A DNA stretch of 64,000 bases from an uncultured Acidobacteriota bacterium (lineage in GTDB: Bacteria; Acidobacteriota; Terriglobia; Acidiferrales; UBA7541), in NCBI GenBank assembly GCA_963715795.1, contig OY970275.1, forward strand, positions 1,067,643-1,131,642, written 5' to 3'. Under the pieces are notes generated by a model, which searched no databases, was not told the DNA's origin, and saw only the letters and a list, made by a program, of their open reading frames with translations. Within the stretch, counting starts at the first letter, position 1, and every line of letters begins with the position of its first letter. Positions 20,669-30,081 of the stretch are shown one piece after another. A program made the translations under genes and the position numbers.

Positions 20669-20878
20669 ATGATTTTTCATGTTTCCCTGGAACCGTCAGA
20701 GGATGGCTGGATCGTCGCGCAGTGCCCCGCACTCCCCGGCTGTGTCTCGCAAGGCCGGGACGAAAAGGAAGCCCTGGAAAACATCAAGGAAGCCATCACC
20801 GCCTGGCTATGGGCCGAAGATCAAAAAGCCGTCAAGGCGCTCGGCTCGAACGGCACTCCTGTCGTTGTCGCCGTCTGA
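20669..20878 (+). CDS. hicB: Type II toxin-antitoxin system HicB-family antitoxin (UPF0150-like)
   Basis: The 69-aa sequence MIFHVSLEPSEDGWIVAQCPALPGCVSQGRDEKEALENIKEAI matches the typical HicB N-domain pattern. A hicA-like ORF follows. Confidence 0.75.
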   Translation: MIFHVSLEPSEDGWIVAQCPALPGCVSQGRDEKEALENIKEAITAWLWAEDQKAVKALGSNGTPVVVAV

Positions 20879-20899
20879 CTCCCGCTTCTGCGTGAGAGC

Positions 20900-21121
20900 A
20901 TGGCACGGCTCGCCAATATTTCCGGTAAGGAAACGGTCAAAGCCTTCGCCAAAGCCGGCTGGCAAGTCATGGGCCAAGTCGGGAGTCACGTGGTTATGAC
21001 CAAACCAGACGCTCGCGCCAACTTGTCGGTCCCTCAACACAAAGAACTTTCTGCGTGAACGCTCCGAGCCCTCATTCGCGCGGCGGAGATGACCGTTGAT
21101 CAGTTCTTAGCGCTTCTTTGA
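20900..21121 (+). pseudogene. hicA: HicA-family mRNA interferase toxin interrupted by an in-frame TGA at 21056..21058
   Basis: My own translation reads MARLANISGKETVKAFAKAGWQVMGQVGSHVVMTKPDARANLSVPQHKELSA*TLRALIRAAEMTVDQFLALL*. The stop occupies the position of the conserved Gly in the HicA ..L..GTL..I motif. This ORF is not in the supplied track. Confidence 0.65.
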
Positions 21122-21132
21122 TTCGCGGACTT

Positions 21133-21215
21133 TGCCTCGCCACCCGCTCTCCCGTCTTCACGCTCCGTCCTCCCTCGCTTCCCAGCCCAAGAATATCCCC
21201 TCAAGATCTCGACCC
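21133..21215. repeat. Right copy of the 83-bp imperfect direct repeat flanking the hicBA cassette
   Basis: See 20406..20488. This copy starts 12 nt after the hicA terminal stop. Confidence 0.8.
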
Positions 21216-21233
21216 GATGCTGCATTTTTGGAT

Positions 21234-21257
21234 GTAGGGGCACGATACATCGTGCCC
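21234..21257. repeat. REP-like palindrome gtaggggcacgatacatcgtgccc
   Basis: It is the inverted-orientation copy of the 8941..8964 element and directly abuts the right direct repeat. Confidence 0.75.
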
Positions 21258-21342
21258 GCTTCAGGCCTTTCGTTTTTCTCATCGCTTGTCACCGGGCGCT
21301 CGCCACGGGCAGCTCTCCCTCGCCGCTTTCGGTCTTCTCCAC

Positions 21343-21377
21343 CACCCACTACTCACTACCCACCACTCACCTCCACC
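21343..21377. repeat. Heptamer-periodic tract (NNNNCAC x5) overlapping the 3' end of deoB
   Basis: The units are cacccac tactcac tacccac cactcac ctccacc. The tract encodes the deoB tail (VEVSGG) and its stop. Confidence 0.5.
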
Positions 21378-22537
21378 AAAAAACTCTTCCCATGCAAAAT
21401 CGCTCCCCCAAAATTCTCCGCCACCGTCTGCCCCATATCCGCCAGCGTCGCCCGCACTCCCAAATCCACGCCCGCCCCGCTTCCCGGCGAATACGCCAGA
21501 ATCGGCACATACTCCCGCGAATGGTCGGTGGTGGGCCAGCGCGGGTCGGGGTCGCAACCATGATCCGCGGTAATCAGTAACAAATCCGACGCGTGCAGAA
21601 GCGCCAGAAACGGACCCAGCATGCGGTCAAATTCATCGAGCGATTCCGCAAACCCTTCGACGTCTTTGCGATGCCCGTACAGCATGTCGAAATCCACCAG
21701 GTTGCAAAAAATCAATCCGCTTCTTCGCTCCTGCAAAGCCTCGGCGATTTTCGCCATTCCGTCGGCGTTCCCGGTCGTCGTTACGTATTTCTCCACGCCG
21801 CGCCCGTTATAAATGTCATGGATTTTCCCAATCCCAAAAACCGGCACGCTGCGCTCCGCCAGCACGTCCAGCAGCATCGGCCTCGGCGGATCGACCGCGT
21901 AATCATGCCGCCGCGTCGTGCGCTTGAAATTTCCCGCTGTTCCCGCAAACGGCCGCGCAATCACGCGCCCCACGCGGTTCGGCCCATCCAGCAATTTCCT
22001 CGCAATTTCGCACATGCGGTAAAGCTCCGCGATGGGTATCACCTCTTCATGCGCGGCGATCTGAAACACGCTGTCGCCCGACGTATACACGATCGGCTTT
22101 CCCGTCCGCACGTGTTCTTCGCCGAGTTCCTTGATAATTTCCGTGCCCGACGCTGGCTTATTTCCCAGCGTCCCGCGTGCAATCTGTTTTTCAAATTCCG
22201 CGATCAGTTCGCGTGGAAATCCGTGCGGGTAAGTGGGAAACGCTTGATTCAGCCAAACGCCGGCCATCTCCCAGTGTCCCGTTGTTGTATCTTTTCCCGG
22301 AGAATGTGTCGCGCCTTTGCCGTATGCGCCGATAGGCGATGCCGCAGCGGTCAAATGCGCAAGCGGCGCAATATTCGCCAATCCCAGCCGTACCAGATTT
22401 GGCAAAGCCAGTGGCCGCGATTCCGCGATGTGCCCCAGCGTGTTTCTTCCCACGTCGCCATAATCCGCCGCGTCGGGCAAATCGCCGATGCCCACGCTGT
22501 CCAGCACGATCCAAATCACTCGTTCAAATTTCCCCAT
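21356..22537 (-). CDS. deoB: Phosphopentomutase
   Basis: The sequence [27 protein letters not shown] and the 393-aa length are typical of DeoB. Confidence 0.9.
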   Translation of the reverse strand: MGKFERVIWIVLDSVGIGDLPDAADYGDVGRNTLGHIAESRPLALPNLVRLGLANIAPLAHLTAAASPIGAYGKGATHSPGKDTTTGHWEMAGVWLNQAFPTYPHGFPRELIAEFEKQIARGTLGNKPASGTEIIKELGEEHVRTGKPIVYTSGDSVFQIAAHEEVIPIAELYRMCEIARKLLDGPNRVGRVIARPFAGTAGNFKRTTRRHDYAVDPPRPMLLDVLAERSVPVFGIGKIHDIYNGRGVEKYVTTTGNADGMAKIAEALQERRSGLIFCNLVDFDMLYGHRKDVEGFAESLDEFDRMLGPFLALLHASDLLLITADHGCDPDPRWPTTDHSREYVPILAYSPGSGAGVDLGVRATLADMGQTVAENFGGAILHGKSFLVEVSGG

Positions 22538-22643
22538 CGTCGACCCTCATCCCTATTTTGCGTTTTGCCATGCGCTTGGTCTTGCACTTTCCGCCTTTCG
22601 CCGCACTCTAGCACACACGCAAACTCTGTTCCGCCCCGACAGG

Positions 22644-22672
22644 TTGACCATCTCCGCCCACGCCAGTATTCT
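22644..22672 (+). promoter_or_regulatory. Candidate sigma70-type promoter (TTGACC-17 nt-TATTCT)
   Basis: The hexamers were read directly. The element lies about 80 nt upstream of the 22750 start codon. Confidence 0.3.
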
Positions 22673-22749
22673 CTGCAGAGAACGTATTTCTTGCTGGTTC
22701 CTGAACTATTTCGCTTTGCCGTGCGTAGTACAGTGTGGAGAGGTACGTG

Positions 22750-23694
22750 ATGGCTCAAGACTACCCTCGCTGGCGTGGCTCGCTTGTCGCTCCGATTATT
22801 TTGATCGTTCTCGGTGTGATTTTCCTCTATTCCAATTGGCATCCTGCCTTCGATCCCTGGCCCATTCTCTGGACCTACTGGCCGCTCATTCTGATCTTCA
22901 TCGGCCTCGGCAAGATTTGGGACAGTTGGCAGCGCCGCCAAAATCCCAATGCGCCGGGAAGCTCTTCGACAGGCTCCATTGTTGGCGCGGTTCTTTTCCT
23001 CGTTATCATTTTTGTACTCGTCGCGCATGGCCGAAACCGACATCGCTGGTATGGCGGTTCTTACCCCATGCAGCATCAATCGCGCACTTTCGATCGCCAA
23101 GGCGCCAAGACGGTCAACGCCACTCTCGAAATGGGCGCGGGGGAGCTCAACCTCAGCGGCGGTTCGAGCCATCTGCTCGAAGCTGATCTCGACTATCGTT
23201 CTCCCACTCCTCCCCAGGTGGATTACTTCGTTTCCGGAACCACCGGCGAACTCAATATCTCTCAGCAGGACACCGACAGGCACTTCGGCTCCTCTTCCGA
23301 CAACAACTGGACGCTGCACTTCGCCAACGATATTCCCATCGAGCTGAAAATCAATATGGGCGCCGGCCACGGCAATCTTCGCCTGCGCGATATTGACGTC
23401 ACGCGCCTCAATTTGGATATGGGCGCGGGCCAGGTCGACCTGGACCTCACCGGCGATCGCAAATCCGATCTCAACGCGCAAGTGGAAGGAGGCGTCGGCG
23501 AGGCCAACATTCGTCTTCCCAAAAATGTCGGCGTCATCGTCAATGCCAGCGGCGGAATCGGCTCCATCGATGCGCCAGGCCTGAACCACGACGGCGACGA
23601 GTACACCAACAATCTCTATGGCAAATCGCCCGTAACCATTCACCTGAAAGTAGAGGGTGGCGTCGGCACCATCCGCCTGATTCCCGAGTCCTAG
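22750..23694 (+). CDS. Membrane protein with LiaF-like N-terminal TM segments and a beta-rich (toastrack/DUF4097-like) C-terminal domain
   Basis: It has two hydrophobic helices (LVAPIILIVLGVIFLY; WPLILIFIGLGKIW) and a repetitive beta-strand C-terminus. The ATG at 22750 is preceded by ggagagg. Confidence 0.55.
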   Translation: MAQDYPRWRGSLVAPIILIVLGVIFLYSNWHPAFDPWPILWTYWPLILIFIGLGKIWDSWQRRQNPNAPGSSSTGSIVGAVLFLVIIFVLVAHGRNRHRWYGGSYPMQHQSRTFDRQGAKTVNATLEMGAGELNLSGGSSHLLEADLDYRSPTPPQVDYFVSGTTGELNISQQDTDRHFGSSSDNNWTLHFANDIPIELKINMGAGHGNLRLRDIDVTRLNLDMGAGQVDLDLTGDRKSDLNAQVEGGVGEANIRLPKNVGVIVNASGGIGSIDAPGLNHDGDEYTNNLYGKSPVTIHLKVEGGVGTIRLIPES

Positions 23695-23796
23695 GCCGTG
23701 ACAATTCGCCGCGCCTTGCCTTTCCGCTTAGCTGCGGCAAGCGCGAGCTTTTCTATTTCGTGGCGGATTGTCGCGGATTTTTTGAGGCGCGGCGAA

Positions 23797-24333
23797 TTAT
23801 TTCGCGGGCGGAAGCCAAATGTCTTCATCGACGAAGGCCGTCAGGGGAGTGCCTTCGTCGACTTCAATGTTTCCATGCGTGACGTAGCCGATCGGGCCCA
23901 TCACTCCGTCGCGTTGCCCCTTTCCGCGCAAGTGGATGCGGTTTTCTCCGCTCACCATTTCTCTCACTTGAATGCTCAACTCGCCGGTGCTTCCGGGCAG
24001 CAAACCAGCTTTCTTCGCATGCGTCACCACGGCGATCGCTTTCGCCCCCTGCTTCACGACGGCCACGTCTCCCACTTTCAAATCGCTCGCCAGCGTGAGC
24101 TGCACTTTGTCGCCCTCGGCCGAATATCTCGAGCTGATATCCGTCGCAAATTTCAGCGGCACCACCGTGCCTTCTTTCAAAAGAAATTCGCCTTCGTGGG
24201 CGTCAGCGAGTGCTTTGCTTGCGGGTGCAGCCGCGGGCGCGGGAGAGACAGGCGCGGGCGCAGATGTTTGCGTCGCCTTCTTCTTGTTCGAGGCGGCCTT
24301 CAACATCGCGCCCATCACTAGCCCGCGCGCCAA
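23797..24333 (-). CDS. Hypothetical protein (Ala/Pro-rich N-terminus, beta-rich body)
   Basis: The ORF has coding-like composition, but I recognised no family. The true start is uncertain. Confidence 0.45.
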   Translation of the reverse strand: MARGLVMGAMLKAASNKKKATQTSAPAPVSPAPAAAPASKALADAHEGEFLLKEGTVVPLKFATDISSRYSAEGDKVQLTLASDLKVGDVAVVKQGAKAIAVVTHAKKAGLLPGSTGELSIQVREMVSGENRIHLRGKGQRDGVMGPIGYVTHGNIEVDEGTPLTAFVDEDIWLPPAK

Positions 24334-24525
24334 GCAAAGGGCGCCGCGCCAAGCACGAAACCGGCAAGCTCCTCGAACCAGTGAAGCCGTTCTCCTCGCC
24401 TGTGCAGCGAAGGGGCGAATTCTTGCGTTTGAAATTCAGCCAGCGGCCTCTTGCTGGTGCGTTTGCTCCGCGTTTACGGTAGCCGTATACTTTAAGGTTT
24501 AGGCAGTGCGCGCGAAGCGCACTAT

Positions 24526-27507
24526 ATGGGCTTGCGTTTGGCGACCAAAGAACTCACACCCGTGCTCAGCGAACAAGAGGCAATCCGCGTCCGCGGCGCC
24601 CGTGTGCATAATCTTCGAAACATTACCGTCGAAATTCCGCACAACGCCATCACCGTCGTGACCGGAGTCAGCGGCTCCGGCAAATCTTCGCTCGCGTTTG
24701 ACACGGTTTACGCTGAAGGGCAGCGTCGTTACGTCGAATCGCTCTCCGCGTATGCGCGGCAGTTTCTTGAGCGCATGGAAAAGCCCGACGTCGACGAAAT
24801 TTCCGGTATCGCCCCGGCGGTCGCCATCCGCCAAAAAAACTCGACGCGCAATCCGCGCTCGACGGTGGCCACCTCGACCGAAATTTACGATTATCTGCGG
24901 TTGCTCTTTGCGCGCTGCGGGCAAACGTTTTGCATCAAGTGCGGCGCGGAAGTCCGCCGCGACAGCCCCGACGAAATCGCCTCGCGCGTGCTTTCGCTCG
25001 CACCCGGGCGGCGCTTTTACATTTTGTATCCGCTGCACATTGCGCAACCGCAAGCTACCGGCGGAGCGCGGCGCGTCCCGAAAAAGAAACTGCCGGCGCC
25101 TCCGCAAGAAGCGCTGAAACAAGCGCTCGGCGACATTCAAAAACGCGGCTTCAACCGGCTCTACCAAGACGGCCGCGTGCACGAATTTTCTTCTCCCGAA
25201 ACGCTTCTGGACGTGGATTTCGCGAAGCCGGTGTACGTGCTCGTGGACCGGCTTGCCGTGAATCCCGAATCGCGTTCGCGGCTGACGGACTCGATCGAAA
25301 TCTGCTATCGCGAGGGCCACGGCGAAGCGATTCTCGAATTCATCGCCGACGCGGCGGGCAATCGCGCCGAGCGGCTCACCTTCAACGAACGATTCGAATG
25401 CAAGAACGATAGCACGCTTTACCAGGAGCCAGAGCCGCGCCTTTTTTCCTTCAACAATCCTTACGGCGCTTGCCCGCGTTGCCAGGGCTTCGGCAACACT
25501 ATCGATTTCGATCTCAATCTCGTTGTTCCGGACCACAGCAAAACGCTGGACGAAGGGGCCATCGAGCCCTGGACCAAGCCGCGTTTTCGCGCTCTGGTGC
25601 AAGACGCGAAGAAGTGGGCGCGCACTCGAGGCATTCCGCTGAACGTTCCCTGGCGGCAGCTCACCGCGGAGCAGCGGCGGCTGGTTCTCGAAGGCGATCC
25701 GGAAAACGACTACAAAGGCGTGAAGGGTTTCTTCGAGTGGCTCGAACGAAAAAAATATAAGTTGCACGTGCGCGTTTTTCTGAGCCGTTACCGCGGATAC
25801 GCGACGTGCCCGGACTGCGGCGGAACGCGCCTTCGCCCGGAAGCGCGCGCCGTGCGCGTGGCGGGCCGCTCGATCACGGAGATCTGCAAGCTCACGGTGA
25901 AAGAAGCGCGTGCTTTCTTTTCAACGCTCGTTCTTTCCGATGCGCAAACGAAGGTAGCGGAAAAAATCCTCGAAGAAATTCGCTCGCGCCTGCAATTTCT
26001 CGATGAAGTCGGCCTCGATTACCTGACGCTCGAGCGCCTCACCTCGACGCTTTCCGGCGGAGAATCGCAGCGCATCCAACTTGCGACATCGCTCGGCTCG
26101 CATCTTGTCGGCGCGCTCTACGTGCTCGACGAGCCTTCGATCGGCTTGCATCCGCGCGATACGCAGCGCCTCATCGACATTCTCAAATCGCTGCGGGACC
26201 TGGGCAACACGGTCCTCGTCGTCGAGCACGACCCCGACACCATCCGCGCCGCCGACCACATCCTCGATCTGGGCCCCGGCGCGGGCGAACTCGGCGGCAA
26301 ACTCCTCTTCGCGGGAAATTACGAGGCCATGCTCGCGGAGCACAAGTCGCTGACCGGCCGCTATCTGAGCGGCGAAATCAACATTCCCGTTCCCAACAAC
26401 CGGCACAAGCCCGCGGGGAAATTTCTGCGTCTATATGGCGCCACTCTGCACAATCTGCAAAACGTGGACCTGATGATTCCGCTTGGCACGCTCACGGTTG
26501 TTACCGGCGTAAGCGGCTCCGGAAAATCCACGCTGGTGCACGACGTGCTCTACCGCGCGCTGGCCGCAAAACGGACCGGGGGAAGCGTGAAGGAATTTTG
26601 CGAACGCCTCGAGGGCGACGCGAATATCCGCGAAGTGGTGATCGTCGACCAGTCGCCCATTGGCCGCACGCCGCGTTCGAATCCCGCGACATATCTCAAA
26701 GCGTTCGATTCGATTCGCGAAGTGTTTGCGGCGACGCCCGACGCGATGCGTCGCGGCTTTACCGCCGGGCATTTCTCCTTCAACGTGCCCGGAGGCCGCT
26801 GCGAAACGTGCCAAGGCGACGGCACAGTGACCGTGGAAATGCAATTTCTCGCGGACGTCGAGCTGGTCTGCGAAGAATGCCGCGGAACGCGCTTCAAGAG
26901 CAGCGTGCTCGAGGTGCGCTATCGGGGAAAAAATATCCACGAAGTCCTGGGGCTGACGGCGCGTGAAGCCCTCGCGTTTTTCAACGGCGTTCCCAAAGTC
27001 GTTTCGAAGCTGCGCATCCTGAACGAAATCGGCCTGGGCTATTTGCGCCTCGGGCAATCCGCCACCACACTTTCCGGCGGCGAGGCGCAGCGCCTGAAAC
27101 TTGCGGCGCACCTCGCGCGCACCGAAAATCAGGGCATTCTCTATATTCTCGACGAGCCCACCACCGGCCTGCATTTCGACGACATCGCCAAACTTCTTTC
27201 CGCGTTCCGCAAACTTCTCGAATCCGGCGCTTCGCTTCTCGTCATCGAGCACAATCTTGACGTCATCAAATCCGCCGATTGGCTCATCGATCTCGGACCC
27301 GAGGGTGGGGATCAAGGCGGGAAAATCATCGCCACGGGCACGCCCGAGCAGGTGGCCCGCAACGCACAATCGCACACGGGGCGGTTCCTGGCGCGCGTTC
27401 TGGCGGCGAACGGCCAGGCAAAGCGCGGCAATAACGGCGCATCCAAGTCCGGAGTGCCTTCAGGTACAATCGCCAATGGAGCAGGAAATCCACCCTCCGA
27501 GCTATGA
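24526..27507 (+). CDS. uvrA: Excinuclease ABC subunit A
   Basis: It has two ABC modules ([14 protein letters not shown]; [13 protein letters not shown]; LSGGESQR; LSGGEAQR) and zinc-finger cysteines ([14 protein letters not shown]). Confidence 0.95.
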   Translation: MGLRLATKELTPVLSEQEAIRVRGARVHNLRNITVEIPHNAITVVTGVSGSGKSSLAFDTVYAEGQRRYVESLSAYARQFLERMEKPDVDEISGIAPAVAIRQKNSTRNPRSTVATSTEIYDYLRLLFARCGQTFCIKCGAEVRRDSPDEIASRVLSLAPGRRFYILYPLHIAQPQATGGARRVPKKKLPAPPQEALKQALGDIQKRGFNRLYQDGRVHEFSSPETLLDVDFAKPVYVLVDRLAVNPESRSRLTDSIEICYREGHGEAILEFIADAAGNRAERLTFNERFECKNDSTLYQEPEPRLFSFNNPYGACPRCQGFGNTIDFDLNLVVPDHSKTLDEGAIEPWTKPRFRALVQDAKKWARTRGIPLNVPWRQLTAEQRRLVLEGDPENDYKGVKGFFEWLERKKYKLHVRVFLSRYRGYATCPDCGGTRLRPEARAVRVAGRSITEICKLTVKEARAFFSTLVLSDAQTKVAEKILEEIRSRLQFLDEVGLDYLTLERLTSTLSGGESQRIQLATSLGSHLVGALYVLDEPSIGLHPRDTQRLIDILKSLRDLGNTVLVVEHDPDTIRAADHILDLGPGAGELGGKLLFAGNYEAMLAEHKSLTGRYLSGEINIPVPNNRHKPAGKFLRLYGATLHNLQNVDLMIPLGTLTVVTGVSGSGKSTLVHDVLYRALAAKRTGGSVKEFCERLEGDANIREVVIVDQSPIGRTPRSNPATYLKAFDSIREVFAATPDAMRRGFTAGHFSFNVPGGRCETCQGDGTVTVEMQFLADVELVCEECRGTRFKSSVLEVRYRGKNIHEVLGLTAREALAFFNGVPKVVSKLRILNEIGLGYLRLGQSATTLSGGEAQRLKLAAHLARTENQGILYILDEPTTGLHFDDIAKLLSAFRKLLESGASLLVIEHNLDVIKSADWLIDLGPEGGDQGGKIIATGTPEQVARNAQSHTGRFLARVLAANGQAKRGNNGASKSGVPSGTIANGAGNPPSEL

Positions 27508-28877
27508 AGCTGCCGCATCTGAGTGAAGCCGCTTCGCGGACGCGCCGCGCCGCGTTCCGGATTTTCTCCGTGGGCGTCTTCGCGGGAACGTCGCTCGCTG
27601 CGCCTGCGCGATGCGGCACCGCGGATCGCGCTGCCACAGATTCCGTTTTGCAAGGAGACGCGCAGTCCCGGACCGAAAAGCTCTCGAACCCGCTGAACGA
27701 TCTCCTGAACGAAGCCCAGCACGACATCGATAACAACCAGTTCGAAGCTGCCATCGTCCCGCTGCAAAAACTCCTCGCGCAAAAGCCGGACATTGCCTGG
27801 GCGCATTTTCAACTGGCCTACGCCTACACCGCCCTCAAGCGCGTCGACGAAGCCCGCGCGGAATACGAGCAGGCTACCAAGCTCGATCCGAAAATGTCCG
27901 AAGCGTATCTCAATCTGGGGATTTTGCTGACGCGCACGGATCCCGCGTCCGCCGTCGCGCCGCTGCGCAAAGCCGTGGACCTTCTGCCCGCGCAAAGCAG
28001 GCCGCGCTTTTTGCTGGGTTTTGCGCTCGAGCGCGCCGGAAATATTCCCGCGGCCGCCGAATCCTACGAAGCGGCGCTGCGGCTCGATCCGCGCGACATT
28101 GAAGCAACAATTCACCTGGGCAATCTGTATCTTGGGATGAAGCGCTATCCCGACGCCGAGGCCAAATTCCGCGCGGCGCTCGAAGCCCAGCCGAAATCGC
28201 CGCAAGCGCTGTTTGGGCTTGCGGAAGTTCTCGACGCGCAAAAAAAGCCGGAAGCGGCCGCCGCATTTAAGGATTATCTCGCCGTCGATTCGGCGGATGG
28301 CCCCGCGCGCTCGCGGCTGATCCATTTGCTGCTCGAGCAGAAACAATATGACGCCGCGCTGGCGGAGTTGGATCGCGAGGATGCCGGCAAACCTCCCACG
28401 CTCGATTCGCTGCGCTCGCGCGCCGACATTCAGATTGCTCAGAAAAAGTGGGACGATTCGATCGCTACGCTGCAAAAAGCTATTGCGCTGGCTCCCGGCG
28501 ATGCGCAACTGCACGAGGGGCTGGGCCGCGTCTACTTGCAAAAGCGCAATTTCCCTTTGGCCGAAAAAGAAATCAAGGCAGCTTTGCAGCTCGACCGGAA
28601 CAACCTCGCGTACTGGAAGGATTTGAGCTCAACCTATTATTTGGGAGGCAACTGCCCGGCCACCCTCGCCGCGCTGGACTTGATTGCCAGGGCAGAAACG
28701 CCGGGCGCCGGCGAATGGTTTATCCGCGCGCTCTGCTACGATAAACTGAACCAAGCCAAGCCTGCGCTCGAGGCTTACGAGAAATTTCTCGCCCTCGACC
28801 AGGACAAGAATCCCGACCAGGTCTGGCAGGCGCAACAACGGAGCAAAGTGTTGCGGCGCATGCTCGGTCAGAAATAG
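27504..28877 (+). CDS. TPR repeat protein with N-terminal signal/anchor
   Basis: It contains multiple TPR-like repeats (AWAHFQLAYAY.., AYLNLGILL.., IHLGNLYLG..). Its ATGA start overlaps the uvrA stop. Confidence 0.75.
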   Translation: MKLPHLSEAASRTRRAAFRIFSVGVFAGTSLAAPARCGTADRAATDSVLQGDAQSRTEKLSNPLNDLLNEAQHDIDNNQFEAAIVPLQKLLAQKPDIAWAHFQLAYAYTALKRVDEARAEYEQATKLDPKMSEAYLNLGILLTRTDPASAVAPLRKAVDLLPAQSRPRFLLGFALERAGNIPAAAESYEAALRLDPRDIEATIHLGNLYLGMKRYPDAEAKFRAALEAQPKSPQALFGLAEVLDAQKKPEAAAAFKDYLAVDSADGPARSRLIHLLLEQKQYDAALAELDREDAGKPPTLDSLRSRADIQIAQKKWDDSIATLQKAIALAPGDAQLHEGLGRVYLQKRNFPLAEKEIKAALQLDRNNLAYWKDLSSTYYLGGNCPATLAALDLIARAETPGAGEWFIRALCYDKLNQAKPALEAYEKFLALDQDKNPDQVWQAQQRSKVLRRMLGQK

Positions 28878-28885
28878 GAAATCGC

Positions 28886-29440
28886 ATGCTGCCCCACGGG
28901 GCGCGACGAGTGGCGATGGCGGTCCTGGCGGTGGCGTTGTGCGGCGGCGCCGAAGCGGGCGATAAGCTGAGCGAGTTGCAGGCGCGTTTCGACAGCGAAA
29001 CGAACGCCGTACACAAGGCCAAAATGATTCAGAAACTGGGCGACGCGGAATTCGATAAAGCTGGGCAGGCGGAAAAAGCCGGGGATTATTCGACGATGGA
29101 CTTGACGTTGGAACAATATCGCGACAACGTGCGCGCGGCCACGCAAGCGCTGGAGAAAGAAAATCCGGACGCCGAGCGGCATCCCAACGGCTACAAACAG
29201 CTCGAAATGCACGTGCAAAAAGGATTGCGGGAGCTGGACGATTTTTTGCTCGATGCGCCGGATCCGTACAAGCCGCCGCTGCAGCTCGTGCGCAAGGATC
29301 TGGTGAGCGCGGACGATAATCTTCTGCACTTGCTTTTCCCGCCGCACGAACTAGCGCAGCCGCACGGCAAACCTCCGGAGAAACCGCCGGTGAAGCCGCC
29401 GGAAAAGAAGAACGGCTCCGGCCAGGAAGTGCACCCATGA
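28886..29440 (+). CDS. Hypothetical secreted helical protein with a KPPEKPPVKPPEKK tail
   Basis: It has a signal-like N-terminus (VAMAVLAVALCGGAEA) and lies 8 nt after the TPR gene. I recognised no family. Confidence 0.55.
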   Translation: MLPHGARRVAMAVLAVALCGGAEAGDKLSELQARFDSETNAVHKAKMIQKLGDAEFDKAGQAEKAGDYSTMDLTLEQYRDNVRAATQALEKENPDAERHPNGYKQLEMHVQKGLRELDDFLLDAPDPYKPPLQLVRKDLVSADDNLLHLLFPPHELAQPHGKPPEKPPVKPPEKKNGSGQEVHP

Positions 29441-30081
29441 AGCTACCTTTCTCTGCCCTGAAAATAGCGCCGTGTCGCCGACCTTTAAAATCAGAGATGG
29501 TCTTTTACTGTCAGCTGTCGGCTGTGAGCTGTCAGCCGCTATTTACATTCTCTCCGGGTGCCGGCAGGGCGGCATGCTGGACTGTGTTGTTATTGTGCGC
29601 TGTGATTTTTCAGGGCGCGGCGCGCGCTGCTGTTCCTCAGCAAAAGGATTATCTCTCCACCATCGAAGCGGACAAGATTCGCGACGCGGAGACGCCCAAC
29701 GAGCGCATCACGCTTTTTCTGTCGTTCGCGGATGACCGGCTCAAGAAACTGCAGTACGAGATGGAACACCCGTCGCAGTTCCATCACGACGACATGGTCA
29801 ATTCGCTTCTGAATGCGTATGTGGGCTGCGTGGATGACGCAGCGGATCTCATCCAGCAAGGCCTCGAAAAGCAACAAAATATTCGCAAGGCGATTAACCT
29901 GATGGCGGATCGGACCAAGGACTACATCCTCGTGTTGCAAAAGATTCCATCCGCATCGCCCGGAGCCGACGCGTATAAGGACAATCTCGATGACGCGATC
30001 GAAGGAACGCAGGACGCTTCGCGCGAAGCCGAGGCCGCCAAGAAAAATGTCGCGCCGCCGCCCGTTCGCCGGAAGAAATGA
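29437..30081 (+). CDS. Hypothetical secreted helical protein (start uncertain)
   Basis: Its ATGA start overlaps the upstream stop. A hydrophobic segment (VLLLCAVIFQGAARAA) is present. A heptamer array at 29508..29535 lies in the annotated N-terminus, so the true start may be downstream, for example GTG 29583. Confidence 0.5.
   Translation: MKLPFSALKIAPCRRPLKSEMVFYCQLSAVSCQPLFTFSPGAGRAACWTVLLLCAVIFQGAARAAVPQQKDYLSTIEADKIRDAETPNERITLFLSFADDRLKKLQYEMEHPSQFHHDDMVNSLLNAYVGCVDDAADLIQQGLEKQQNIRKAINLMADRTKDYILVLQKIPSASPGADAYKDNLDDAIEGTQDASREAEAAKKNVAPPPVRRKK
29508..29535. repeat. Tandem heptamer array (CTGTCAG-like, 4 units)
   Basis: The units are ctgtcag ctgtcgg ctgtgag ctgtcag. Confidence 0.75.

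Noticed and set aside
21056-21058. The in-frame TGA in hicA as selenocysteine or as an alternative genetic code (TGA read as Gly or Trp).
   Set aside because: Many well-supported genes in this window terminate at TGA in the expected positions (for example hicB, uvrA and the ATGA overlaps). I saw no SECIS-like hairpin immediately downstream. A nonsense mutation is the simpler explanation.
22516-23643. Long antisense ORFs opposite well-supported genes. Examples: 22516..23643(-), 24499..25767(-), 27312..28541(-), 53095..54393(-), 56019..58088(-), 60568..62040(-), 61185..62288(-), 18189..19550(+), 41983..43386(+).
   Set aside because: Each lies opposite a gene with clear family motifs (LiaF-like, uvrA, TPR, accC, permeases, SDR/nnr, GH9 fusion, ADOP permease). 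Their translations are Arg/Gly/His/Asp-rich and low in complexity, which is typical of high-GC antisense shadow frames.
24334-24525. A LexA/SOS box upstream of uvrA (looked for GTTC-N7-GTTC or GAAC-N7-GAAC).
   Set aside because: I found only a GAAC-N10-GTTC arrangement (gaaccagtgaagccgttc), which does not match the spacing of any LexA box I know. This is not enough to call.
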